From positions 15,500,001 to 15,564,000 of the forward strand of contig NC_086108.1 of NCBI RefSeq assembly GCF_963921235.1: a DNA stretch of 64,000 nucleotides, given 5' to 3'. This document shows, one piece after another, positions 22,921 through 35,110 of the stretch; position 1 is the stretch's first letter; every line of letters begins with the position of its first letter. The notes beneath the pieces were generated by a model, which saw only the letters and a program-made list of their open reading frames with translations, was not told where the DNA came from and did no database searches. The position numbers and the translations under genes are program-made. Source of the DNA: Mobula hypostoma. Taxonomy: Eukaryota.

Positions 22921-25900
22921 ATTGTGTTGTGATGCCCTGAACAAGTAACCGTAAGTCACATAAAAATCGTGTTTTCTGGTGAATTTGAATGATGTGATCA
23001 CTCCCTTTACACAATTTCTGACACTAAAGGACATAATTCTAACTGAATTTGTTTTGCATTGTTGAGTAGATTATGGTCTGAATTATTAACTCCTCTGGAA
23101 ACATTAAACATGCAAAGGTTTAAAATTTGCAAGGTTCCTGGCTCTCTAATAATGAGTGAAAAATGAGAAGTTTTCCAGAATTCCAGCATCTGCAGTCCCT
23201 CTTGTGTCTCCGTTTATGGATTAGACTATTGATTCTTTTTGTACAACAATAAATGGACATATAAATAACTCATAGTTGAGCTATTCATTCTTTCCCGCCC
23301 CCTCCCAGATCTCACCATGTTGTCCCATTGCTGTCAATCTCAGCAGCAGTAATAGCTTTAATCTTTAATTACCTCTAAGGTGCACTTCATCTATAAATAG
23401 CTGCCAAGAACAAGCACACAATATTAGTGATGGGTCTGGGAAAGCACAAAACTCCTAGTGTGCACTAGTTTGATTGCTATATATGGCTGCAAAGCCTCAA
23501 TGAAAAGGGGCAGCTTTCTAGAGCAGCCTGTAGTTAATGTAAAATGGGACTCAACATTGCAAAAGAGTGGACCAGTATGTCAAAGCAGACTCCAGCAGAA
23601 GACACATTAAATTGTACAAGCAAGTAATGACTAATGTAAATCGATTGATTAGCAGATGATGTACTCTTTTTTTTTGTGATTGTCATAATAAATCTGAGTA
23701 GTTCGGAACCAAGTTTTAGACCAGAACCCATGTAACCCAGATTCTGTCGTTCGTTTGTGCCTGCACACTTAGAACAGAACATAGAACAGTAGAGCACAGT
23801 ACAGGCACATCATGTTGAGCATAGAACATCTTACATACTCCAGGATCAGTCTAACCCTTCTCTCCCACATAGTTCAACTTTTTGTTTCATCCATGTGCCC
23901 ATCTAAGGTTCTGTTAAATGCCCCTAGTGTATCAGCCTCTACCACCACCCCTGGCAGTGTATTATACACGTTTACCACTCTCCTTTTTTTTAAAAAACCT
24001 CCCTCTGACATCCACCCCGCCCCCCCATATTTTCTCCAATTACCTTAAAATTACGCCTTCTTGTATTCGCCATTGCCACCCTGGAAAAGAGGTGCTGGCT
24101 GTCCACTTTATTAACGTGTCTTATCATCTTATACACCTCTGTCAAGTCACCTCTCATTCTCCCTTGCACTGAAGTGAAAAGCCGTAGCTTGCTCAACCTG
24201 TCCTCATAAGACAAACTCTCTAGTCCAGCAGCATCCTGGTAAATATCATCTGCACCCTCTTTAAAGCTTCCACATCCTTCCTATAACGAGGTGATCAGGA
24301 CTGAACATGATACTCCAAGTGTGGTCTAACAAGAGTTTCACAGAGTTACAACATCATCTAACGGCTCTTGAACTCAATCCACCAACTAATGAAGGCCAAT
24401 GTACCATTAGCCATCTTATCCATCCTATCAACTTGATCGGCAACTTTGGGGGATCTATGAATGTGGACTCCAAGATCCATATGTTCCTCCACACTGCTAA
24501 GAATCCTCCCATTAACCCTGTACTCTGTCTTCAAGTTTGACCTTCCAACGTGTATCACTTCATCCCTTTTTGGATTGAACTTCATCTGCCACTTCTCAGC
24601 CCAGTTCTGTCTCCTGTTAATCTACTGTTGTAACCTACAACATTATCCACAGCTCCAACAATCTTCATGTTATCTGCAAGCTTACTAATCCACCCTTCAA
24701 TTGACTCATCTAAGTCATTTATAAAAATCACAAAGAGCAGGGGTCCCAGAACCAATCCATGTGGAACACCACTGCTCCCCGACCTCTAGGTAGAATACGC
24801 TCCATTCACAACCACCCTCTGCCTTCTGTGGGCAAGCCAATTCTGAATCTACACAACCATGTTTTCATGAATCCCATGCCTCCTGACTTTCTGAATTACT
24901 TACCTTGTTGAACACCTACATACGTCATCCAGTACTCTAACTTCATCAGTTTTTGTCACTTCCTCAAAAAATGCAGTCAGGCTCATGAGGCATGACCTGT
25001 CCCTTACAAAGCCATGCTGACTATCCCTAAGCAGCCTATGGTTTTCCACATTCTCAGAAATCCTATCTCTCAAGAATTCTCATGATAGAGATGTAAGACT
25101 CTTTGGCGTACTATTCCCAGGGTTATCCCTATTACCTTTCTTGAGAAAAGAATAACATTTGTCACCATCTAATCACCTGTGGCCAGTGAAGATGGAAAGG
25201 AAAAGGAAAGGGTGAGCATTTTCAAGTTCCTGGATGTCAACATTTCTGAAGGTCAATCCAGGTCCAACATATTGATAAAATTACAAAGAAGGCACGATAG
25301 TGGCTACATTTCATTAGGAATTTGAGGAGACCTGGTATGACACCAAAGGCTCTCAAAAATTTCAACACAGGTACAAACGTAATTTGTACAAATTAGAAAA
25401 ATAGAGGGCTATGGGTAATCCTAGGTAATTTCTAAAGTAAGTACATGTTTGGCACAGCATTGTGGGCTGAAGGGCCTGTATTGTGCTGTAGGTTTTCTGT
25501 GTTTTTGTGTTTCTGTACTGTGGAGAGCATTCTAACTAGTTGTATTATTATCTGGTATGGAGGGGCAACTGCACAGGATTGGAAAAAGCTGTAGAAAGTT
25601 GCGAACTCAGCCAGCTCCATCATGGACACTAGCCCACCCCACCCCCTCAAGCGTCAAGGGCATCTTCAAATGATGATGCCTCAAAAAAGCAGCATCCATC
25701 ATTCAGGACCCTCATCACCCAGGACATGCCCTCTTCTCATTGCTACCATCAAAGAGAAGGTACAAGAACCTGAAAACACACACTCAACCTCTTAGGAACA
25801 GCTCTTCCCTTCCGCTATCAGATTTCTGAATGGACAATGAATTCATGTACACGACCTCAATGCTTTTTTTCTTGTTTGCTCATTTTGAACTACTTACTTA

Positions 25901-26003
25901 ATTTAATTTTTTAAGTATTTCTTATTGTAACATATTTTTATTATTATGTATTGCAATGTACTGCTGCCGCAAAGTAACAGATTTTGCAACATAGTCCAGT
26001 GAT

Positions 26004-26223
26004 GCCCTCCCCCTCCTGTCTTCTCCTATCATTTTGCATCTCCCCCTCCCCCTCCAGCTTTCAAATCCCTTACTCACTCTTCCTTCAGTTAGTCCTGACG
26101 AAGGGTCTTGGCCTGAAACGTCGACTGCGCCTCTTCCTATAGATGCTGCTTGGCCTGCTGCGTTCACCAGCAACTTTGATGTATGTTGCTTGAATTTCCA
26201 GCATCTGCAGAATTCCTGTTGTT
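26004..26223 (+). mobile_element. Solo Penelope-like 3' terminus (220 bp) carrying a hammerhead motif
   Basis: Matches the reverse complement of 14761-14940. Flanked by direct repeat TCCAGTGAT at 25995-26003 and 26224-26232. Confidence 0.9.
26091..26126 (+). ncRNA. Minimal type I hammerhead ribozyme motif in Penelope-like terminal repeat
   Basis: AGTC-CTGACGA-A-GGGT CTTG GCCT-GAAA-CG-TC-GACT. Stem I AGUC/GACU, core CUGANGA and GAAA, stem II, palindromic ACGU in place of stem III, GUC cleavage triplet ending at 26122. Confidence 0.8.
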
Positions 26224-27319
26224 TCCAGTGATATTAAACCTGATTTTTATAGTAAGAGGCATAGCAATCTCTTCCAGTCACAACCTTGGGTATATCCTGT
26301 CTAGCTCCGTGTCTTATCTATCCAAATGATTTTCAAAAATTCCATCACATCCTCTTTCTTAACATTGATATGTTCCAGCATATCAGTCTATTCTACACTG
26401 ATTTCTTCATTAAGGTCCATCTAACTGGTGAATACTGAAACAAAGTATTCATCAAGGACCTCCCTTACCTCCACCAACTCCAGGCATGTTTCCTCTTTCA
26501 TCCATAATCAGTCCTATCCTCACTCTAGTCATCCTCCTGTTCTTAACATAGATATAGAATGCCTTGAGGTTTCCTTAATCCAACTCGTTAAGGCTTTCTC
26601 ATGCCCCCTTCTAGCTCTCCTAAGTCCTTTCATAACCTCTGTGGAGCCCTGTCTGATCCTTGCTTCCCAAACTTTCAGTAAGCTTTTTTCTTTCTCTTGA
26701 TTAGAATCTCCACTTCTCTTGTCAGCCATAGTTCCTTCATGCTATCATACTTCCCTTGCCTTAATGAGACAAACCTATCGAGAACCCTATGCAAATGATC
26801 CCTAATCAACCTCCAGATTTCCATTGTGCATTTCCTGAATACCAATTTCCAAGTTACGCTCCCAAGTTCTTGCTGAATAGCACCGTAACTTCTCCTTGCC
26901 CATTTAAGTACTTTCCTATACTGTCTTCTCCTTCCCCTCTCCAAAGTCAGGGAGTTGTGGTCAATGTCTCTGAAATGTCACCCGCTGAGAGATCTGTCAC
27001 CTGACCAGGTTCATTCTTAGTACCAGATCCAGTATGGCCTCTCCTCCAGTTGGTCAGTCCGCATATTGTCTCAGGAATCCTTCCTGGACACACCAAACAA
27101 ATTCTGCCCCCGTAAATCTTTTGAACTAAGGTAGTGCCAATAATTCTTAGGGAACTTGAAGTCACCCATGAAAACAACACCATTATTTTTGCACCTTTCC
27201 AAAATCTGTCTCCTGATCTGCTCCCCAGTGTATCTGTTGCTATTGGGGCATCTATAGAATACTCCAATTAGAGAAACTTTCTGTTTCTGACTTCCACCCA
27301 CACTGACTCAATAGACATC

Positions 27320-27725
27320 TGAGTTATAGGAAAATTAAGACTTTATCAAAACATTCTCCTATGCTCTAAGGAATAAAGGTATACAAAATTATTATGGGTA
27401 TAGATAGGGTAAATGCAAGCAGGCTTTTTCCACTGAGGTTTGATGAGACTGGAATGAGAGGTCATTGGTTAAGAATGAAAGATGAAATGTTTACGGGAAC
27501 CTGAGGGGGAATTACTTCTCTCAGAGGGTGTAATAAGCTGCTACTAGAAGTGGTGGATATGGGTTCAAGTGCAGTGTTTAAGAGAAGTTTGGATCAGTAG
27601 ATGGATGGGAGGGGCTTGGGGGACTGATCCAGCTGCAGGTCGCAATGAGACTAGGCAGAACAATAGTTGAGCACTGACGAGATGGGCTGAAGGCCCTGTT
27701 TCTGTGCTGTAGTACTTCCATGACA
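27320..27725 (+). mobile_element. CR1 3' fragment
   Basis: ORF2 C-terminal remnants and tail gggctgaaggccctgtttctgtgctgt. Confidence 0.75.
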
Positions 27726-27985
27726 TCCTTGCTTACTGCAGCTATTCCTAATTAGCAATGCCACATTTCTTTTTTTTTAACTTCCTTCCCTGTCCTTTTT
27801 GAAACATCTAAACCCTGGATCATCCGGCAGCCATTCCTGCCATTGTGACAGCCTAGTCTCTGTGATGGCCACAACATTGTAGTTTCATGCACTGATACAT
27901 GCTGCAACATCACCCTTGTTAGAAACATAGAAAACCTACAGCACAATACAGGCCCTTCGGCCCACAAAGCTATGCCGAACCTGTC

Positions 27986-29637
27986 ACCAATGAGAGGGAA
28001 CTTGATGATGGTGAGGACAATAGGAGTGAGGTTGATGTTCTGGAGCATGTTGATATTAAGGGAGAGGAGGTGTTGGAGTTGTTAAAATACATTAGGACGG
28101 ATAAGTCCACAGGCCCGGCCACGAGGCAAGGGAAGAGATTGCTGAGCCTCTGGCTAGGATCCTTATGTCCTCGTTAGCCACGGGAATGGTACCAGAGGAT
28201 TGGAGGGAGGCAAATGTTGTTCCCTTGTTCAAAAATAGGTAGCAGGGATAGTCCGGGTAATTATAGACCAGTGAGCCTTATGTCTGTGGTGGGAAAGCTG
28301 TTGGAAAAAATTCTTAGAGATAGGATCTACGGGCATTTAGAGAATCATGGTCTGATCAGGGATAGTCAGCATGGCTTTATGAAGGGCAGATCGTGTCTAA
28401 CAAGACTGATAGAGTTCTTTGAGGAGGTGACCAGGCATATAGATGAGGGTAGTGCAGTGGATGTGATCTACATGGATTTTAGTAAGGCATTTGACAAGGT
28501 TCCACATGGTAGGCTTATTCAGAAAGTTAGAAGGTATGGGATCCAGGGAAGTTTGGCCAGGTGGATTCAGAATTGGCTTGCCTGCAGAAGGCAGAGGGTC
28601 GTGGTGGAGGGAGTACATTCAGATTGGGGGATTGTGACTAGTGGTGTCCCACAAGGATCTGTTCTGGGACCTCTACTTTTCGTGATTTTTATTAACGACC
28701 TGGATGTAGGGGTAGAAGGGTGGGTTGGCAAGTTTGCAGATGACACAAGGGTTGGTGGTGTTGTAGATAGTGTAGAGGATTGTCAAAGATTGCAGAGAGA
28801 CATTAATAGGATGCAGAAGTGGGCTGAGAAGTGGCAGATGGAGTTCAACCCGGAGAAGTGTGAGGTGGTACACTTTGGAAGGACAAATTCCAAGGCAGAG
28901 TACAAAGTAAATGGCAGGATACTTGGTAGTGTGGAGGAGCAGAGGGATCTCGGGGTACATGTCCACAGATCCCTGAAAGTTGCCTCACAGGTGGATAGGG
29001 TAGTTAAGAAAGCTTATGGGGTGTTAGCTTTAGTAAGTCGAGGGATAGAGTTTAAGAGTCGCGATGTAATGATGCAGCTCTATAAAACTCTGGTTAGGCC
29101 ACACTTGGAGTACTGTGTCCAGTTCTGGTCACCTCACTATAGGAAGGATGTGGAAGCATTGGAAAGGGTACAGAGGAGATTTACCAGGATGCTGCCTGGT
29201 TTAGAAAGTATGCATTATGATCAGAGATTAAGGGAGCTAGGGCTTTACTCTTTGGAGAGAAGGAGGATGAGAGGAGACATGATAGAGGTGTACAAGATAA
29301 TAAGAGGAATAGATAGAGTGGATAGCCAGTGCCTCTTCCCCAGGGCACCACTGCTCAATACAAGAGGACATGGCTTTAAGGTAAGGGGTGGGAAGTTCAA
29401 GGGGGACGTTAGAGGAAGGTTTTTTACTCAGAGAGTGGTTGGTGCGTGGAATGCACTGCCTGAGTCAGTGGTGGAGGCAGATACACTAGTGAAGTTTAAG
29501 AGACTACTAGACAAGTATATGGAGGAATCTAAGGTGGGGGCTTATATGGGAGGCAGGGTTTGAGGGTTGGCACAACATTGTGGGCCGAAGGGCCTGTACT
29601 GTGCTGTACTATTATTCTATGTTCTATGTTCTATGTT
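27986..29637 (+). mobile_element. Young CR1 LINE, 5'-truncated, uninterrupted RT domain
   Basis: 449-aa ORF 28214-29563 with [13 protein letters not shown] and KFADD. (TTCTATG)n tail at ~29613-29637. Confidence 0.97.
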
Positions 29638-29691
29638 CCCTTAGAAATTACCTAGGGTTACCCATAACCCTCTATTTTTCTGCGCTCCATG

Positions 29692-30250
29692 TGTTGTGGG
29701 GTGGATGAAATCATTGGAGAGAGAGAGTTACTGGTCGATACAAAGCAGCTTCTTTATTTGACACAACAAGGTACAGCAGGCATCATACAGACGGAGACGC
29801 TTTCAGTAGAAAGGTCTGCTAGCCCAATTTGGGCTCGATATTTATTTGCTAAATACAAAGGACAATTCGTATTTACAAGTCGCTTCCTTCTGAAACTACA
29901 TACAAAACATCACACCTTCTGACTTCATCCATTCCTCCCGATGCCAATATGTCTGGGCTGTTATTCCTAACCTTCAGGAATGCAAGTTAAATCCACAATA
30001 CATTTATTTGGTATGTTACGTGCTAACAGAGAGGACAATTCATATTTATAAAGTATAGATAAGGCTGTCTTCAAAACAACCTGTAAACTTCACACTTCCA
30101 TCCGTGGCATCTGGGCTAGTATTCCGGTATTCACAGCTTTTAGGAAATGCATTGTTGTGAACTCAATCCACAGTAGTTTGTCACACAGAAGACTGGTGGC
30201 CAAGCAATTTAAGGGTAAATGAATCATCTACCCAAAAACTCACTCTATCA
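29692..30250 (-). mobile_element. Solo LTR (559 bp)
   Basis: Begins TGTTG and ends TATCA. 5-bp TSD CCATG at 29687-29691 and 30251-30255. Host CR1 is seamless once the insert is removed. Minus-strand AATAAA near 29755. Confidence 0.85.
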
Positions 30251-32459
30251 CCATGTACCTGTCCAGAAGTCTCTGAAAAGACCCTATCATATCCGCCTCT
30301 ACCAGTGTTGCAGGCAGCCCAATCCACGCACTCACCACTCTCTGCATAAAAAAAACTTACCCCTGACATCTTCTCTGTACCTACTTCCAGGCACCTTAAA
30401 ACTGCACCCTCCCATGCTAGACATTTCAGCCCTGGGAAAAAGCCTCTGACTATCCACACGATCAATGCCTCTCATCATCTTATACAGCTCTATCAGGTCA
30501 CCTCTCATTCTCCATCGCTCCAAGGAAAAAAGGCCGAGTTCATTCAACCTGTTCTCATAAGGCACGCTCCCCAATCCAGGCAACATCCTTGTAAGTCTCC
30601 TCTGCACCCTTTCTGTGGTTTCCACACTTTCCTACAGTGAGGCGACCAGAACTGAGCACAGTACTCCAAGTGGGGTCTGACCAGGGTCCTAGAGAGCTGC
30701 AACATTACCTCTCGGCTCCTAAACTCACTCCCACAATTGATGAAGGCCAATACACCATATGCTTTCTTAACCACAGCGTCAACCTACGCAACAGCTGTGA
30801 GTGTCCTATGGACTGGGACCTCAAGATGCCTCTGATCCTCCACACTGCCAAGAGTCTTACCATTAATACTATATTCTGCCATCATATTTGACCTACCAAA
30901 ATGAACCACCACACACTTATCTGGGTTGAACTCCATCTGCCACTTCTCAGCCCAGTTTTGCATCCTATCAATGTCCCACTGTAACCTCTGACAGACCTCC
31001 ACGCTATCCACAATACCCCCAAGATTTGTGTCATCAGTAGATTTACTAACCCATCCCTCCACTTCCTCATCCAGGTCATTTATAAAAATCACAAAGAGTA
31101 GGGGTCCCAGAAGGATCCCTGAGGCACACCACTGGTCGCCGATCTCCATGCAGAATATGACCTGTCTACAACCACTCTTTGCCTTCTGTGGGCAAGCCAA
31201 TTCTGGATCCACAAAGCAATGTCCCCTTGGATCCCATGCCTTCTTACTTTCTCAATAAGCCTTGCATGGGGTACCCTGTCAAATGCCTTGCTGAAATCCA
31301 TATACGCTACATCTACTGCTCTTCCTTCATCAATGTGTTTAGCCACATTCTCAAAAAATTCAATCAGGCTCGCAAGGCACGATCTGCCTTTGACAAAGCC
31401 ATGCTGAGTATTCCTAATCATATTATGCCTCTCCAAATGTTCATAAATCCTGCCTCTCAGTACCTTCTCCATCCACTTACCAACCACTGAAATAAGACTC
31501 ACTGGTCTATAATCTCCTGAGCTATCTCTACTCCCTTTCTTGAATAAGGGAACAACATCCGCAACCCTCCAAACCTCCGGAACCTCTCCCGTCCCCATTG
31601 ATGATGCAAAGATCATCGCCAGAGGCTCAGCAATCTCCTTCCTTGCCTCCCACAGTAGCCTGGGGTACGTCTCATCTGGTCCCAGTGACTTATCCAACTT
31701 GATGCTTTCCAAAAGCTCCAGCACATCCTCTTTCTTAATATCTACATGCTCAAGCTTTTCAGTCCGCTGTAAGTCATCCCTACAATCACCAAGATCCTTT
31801 TCCGTAGTGAATACTGAAGCGAAGTACTCATTAAGTACCTCTGCTATCTCCTCTGGTTCCATACACATTTTTCCACTGTCACACTTGATTGGTCCTATTC
31901 TCTCACATCTTATTCTCTTGATCTTCACATACTTTGTAGAATGCCTTGGGGTTTTCCTTAATCGTGTCCGCAAGGCCTTCTCATGGCCCCTTCTGGGTCT
32001 CCTCATTTCATTCTTAGGCTCCTTCCTGCTAGCCTTATAATCTTCTAGATCTCTATCATTACCTAGATTTTTGAACCTTTTGTAAGCTCTTCTTCTTGAC
32101 TTGATTTTCAACAGCCTTTGTACACCACGGTTCCTGTACCCTACCATCCTTTCCCTGTCTCATTGGAACATACCTAGCAGAACGCCACGCAAATATCCCC
32201 TGAACATTTGCTGCAATTCTTCCGTATGTTTCCCTGAGAACATTTGTTCCCAATTTATGCTTGCAAGTTCCTGCCTGATAGCCTCATATTTCCCCTTACT
32301 TCAATTAAACGCTTTCCTCACTTGTCTGTTCCTATCCCTCTCCAATGCTATGGTAAAGGAGATAAAATTGTGATCACTATCTCCAAATGCTCTCCCACTG
32401 AGAGATCTGACACCTGACCAGGTTCATTTCCCAATACCAGATCAAGTACAGCTAGGGTA

Positions 32460-35110
32460 CCAGTAATTTTTGCACTAGCCTCTTACAAGATCCTCTTACT
32501 GATCCAGCTTGTCAGGCTCTGGGAATTTATCCTCTCTAATTTGCCTCAAGACAGCAAATAACTCCTTTTTAATCTGTATACAGTCCATAACCTTACTGCT
32601 GTTCTGCCTGTTTCTGGTGTCACTGGCATGGGGCACGGGTAGTATTCTTTATATCTCAATCCTTGAGGTTCTGTCCTTTAACTCAGTTCTTGACTCCCTG
32701 AACTCACTTTGCAGGACCTTGTCATCTTTTCTATCAAGTCATTGCTACCAACATGAACCACAACCTCTGGCTTCTCATCTTGTCTCTTAGGAATGCTGTG
32801 GACTTGAGTCGAGATGTTGCCTCTTTTCCCCAGTTCCCTTCTGAGCCACAGAGCCGAACTCAGTGCTAGAGGTCTGACCTCAGTGGCTTTTGTCTCCTAG
32901 GTCATTCACCTGGCTGGCATCCCCACTGCTTTAACTATGCAATAAGAAAGAAAAATAGAACAATTAAACAAAAAAATGTCAGTAGAGCCTCCACCTCTCT
33001 GAAGCCTCTGAGTCAAAGCCTCAATTCCCTTCTCTAACACTGGCCCACTCACAGTATGGCTGCTTCGATTAAATCTTTTTTTTTAAATTGGCCCTCCTAA
33101 GTGCCTCATTACAGGCAATTAAATCAATGTCATAATGTTCCCCCAAATTAAATATCAACTCAATTTGTTTTTACTTGTTTGCCCATCCCTGTCTCTTCTG
33201 AGTATTTCCATCTTACCACTCTGTCTGAACTGACTTTGTGTTATTTCCTTAATTTAGGTACATATTAATATAAATTGTGAGTGGCTGTGTATCCAGAACT
33301 GATTCCCTGTAACTTGCTGTCTGCTTTATTTTTGATGCTTTTCATTCTTTAACTAATTCTCAATGACATCCCTAGATGTTACCACCAATGAAGGCAGGAG
33401 ACCACTACAAGCACCTTATTTTGTGTAGCATCCTTGTCACTTGCCTTTCGAACATCCAGTTACATTGCATATACCTTATATCTGGAGGAAAATAAACAGA
33501 AAATTCACTAAATGTGATTTTCCCTTCAGATCATGTGTTTATGCAGATACAATGTTCGGCAGAGTGCTGTGGATCAGGATGATAAAATCACAGGGTGGTT
33601 ATGATATATAAGGGCTTTTGTCCTGTTGAGTCGATACAGACTTAATGTAAGAATCTAGTCTGTTCCTTACCTTTCACCTGCAGTCCTGCAAATTCTTCCC
33701 TTCAAATACTTGTCCAGCTTACCCCTTGAGTTCTACAATTGAATCTGCCTCGACTGGTCCCTTGATGGTGAACTCCACACTTTGACTTCTCTACTAACTG
33801 GAACAATTTCTCTCTGTCAGTGCATGATATTGAATACTCCTAACAGAGCCTCACACAATCTCCTCTATTCCAAGGTGGTAATACCAGCTTCTCTGGAGTA
33901 GTTATATAACTGAAATTCATCATCCCTGGAATCATTTTAGTGAATCTCTTCTACATTTTCTAAAACTTTTACATCTTTGTGCCAAGGACTGGCCTCAGTA
34001 CTTCAGCTGTGACTGAAGTTGCTCAAAGGTTCATCATGACCTCTTTGTTTTCACTACACTGGACCAAAGCCAGGATCCAGTATACTTTCTCAACCTTCCT
34101 CTACTATTCTCAATGAACTATGCATGAGTACCCAAGAAGAGATGTTCCTGTATCCTTTCTAGAGTTGTGCTCTCTGTGTTTAGGCTTGCTTTCAAAATAT
34201 AACACTTTGTTTCTCAGAACTAAATTTCATTTGCAACCTTACCTCCTATTTTCTCCAGTCTGTCTGCACCTATTTTCCTCTTCACAATTTCATCATCTTC
34301 AGATTGAAAATAATACCCTAAATACAAGTAATTATCATGGAACTCCTCTGCACCTTTCCCTTGAGTGTGGAGACCAACCTTCTACCACCATCTATTTCAT
34401 GTTAATACGCAATTTTTTGTCTCATGCTGTTGGGTTTCAATCTAAGTTGAAGCCTATTATGTGACATCTTATCAGATACCTTTTGCATGTCCTTATATGC
34501 CATCAGTCAGATTTCTCTTACTGTCCCTCTCTTATGAACAAAAATAGGAGCAGGCCATTCGCCCCTGAGCTTATATCACCATGAAGTAAGACATAGCTGA
34601 TCTTTTACCTCACTACCACTTTCCGCACTAACTCCGCATCCTTTCTAACTTAGTATCGAAAGCAAAATCAATTAATCTCTATTGACTGAACCTCTACCAC
34701 TTAGTGGACTAAAAACTTCCAATTATTCACTGTCCTAAATGGCTGATTCCTTATTGTGCAACTGGCAAACCTGTTTCTCGGCACTCCAGACAAGGGGGAA
34801 ACCCTGTCATCTATTTTGTATGCTTTAATAAAATAGTCTTTCTTCCTTCTCAATTCCAAAGAGGGTCTACTTCACCTGTCTAACACGACAGACCTGCCCA
34901 TCTCAGGAATCAATGTGGTGAATCTTTGCTAGACTATTTTAATCTTTAAGTAGGGAGACCAGACCTCCATGCAATATTCAAGATAGTGTTTCACTGGGGT
35001 TCTGCACAAATGGAGCATTTCCTTTAAAAAAAAATAGCAATTCTATATTTTTCTGCAGTATATCTCATCTTCCATATTCCTGTCCATTCACTTAGTCTGT
35101 CAATATCTTC
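32460..35110 (-). mobile_element. Cluster of old CR1 fragments (ORF1-like at ~32600-32900; ORF2/3' remnants at 33630-35110)
   Basis: Similarity to the in-window CR1 ORF1 region (48130-48900) and to CR1 3' ends. Heavily decayed, boundaries approximate. Confidence 0.55.

Larger units (their letters stand above)
25200..26250 (+). mobile_element. Rex1/Babar LINE 3' fragment, itself split by a CR1 tail (25394-25515) and a PLE terminus
   Basis: FKFLDVNISE... and ESILTSCIIIWYG-like coding remnants. 3' end ccagtgatattaaacctgatt. Confidence 0.75.
23768..27320 (-). mobile_element. CR1 LINE interrupted at ~25195-26255 by nested insertions
   Basis: Tail tagaacagaacatagaacag at 23770. RT segments to 25190. 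Sequence resumes colinearly at ~26255 and runs to endonuclease motifs (GVFYRCPNS, FMGDF) near 27070-27300. Confidence 0.85.
27921..32452 (-). mobile_element. CR1 LINE interrupted by a younger CR1 and a solo LTR
   Basis: Tail at 27921-27985 continues at 29638-29691 and again from 30251. ORFs 30332-32147 give RT motifs. Same subfamily as 3392-5226. Confidence 0.93.

Noticed and set aside
28214..29563. Autonomous active retroelement or host RT gene
   Set aside because: 5'-truncated with no endonuclease domain, ORF1 or promoter. The ORF start is not the native one.
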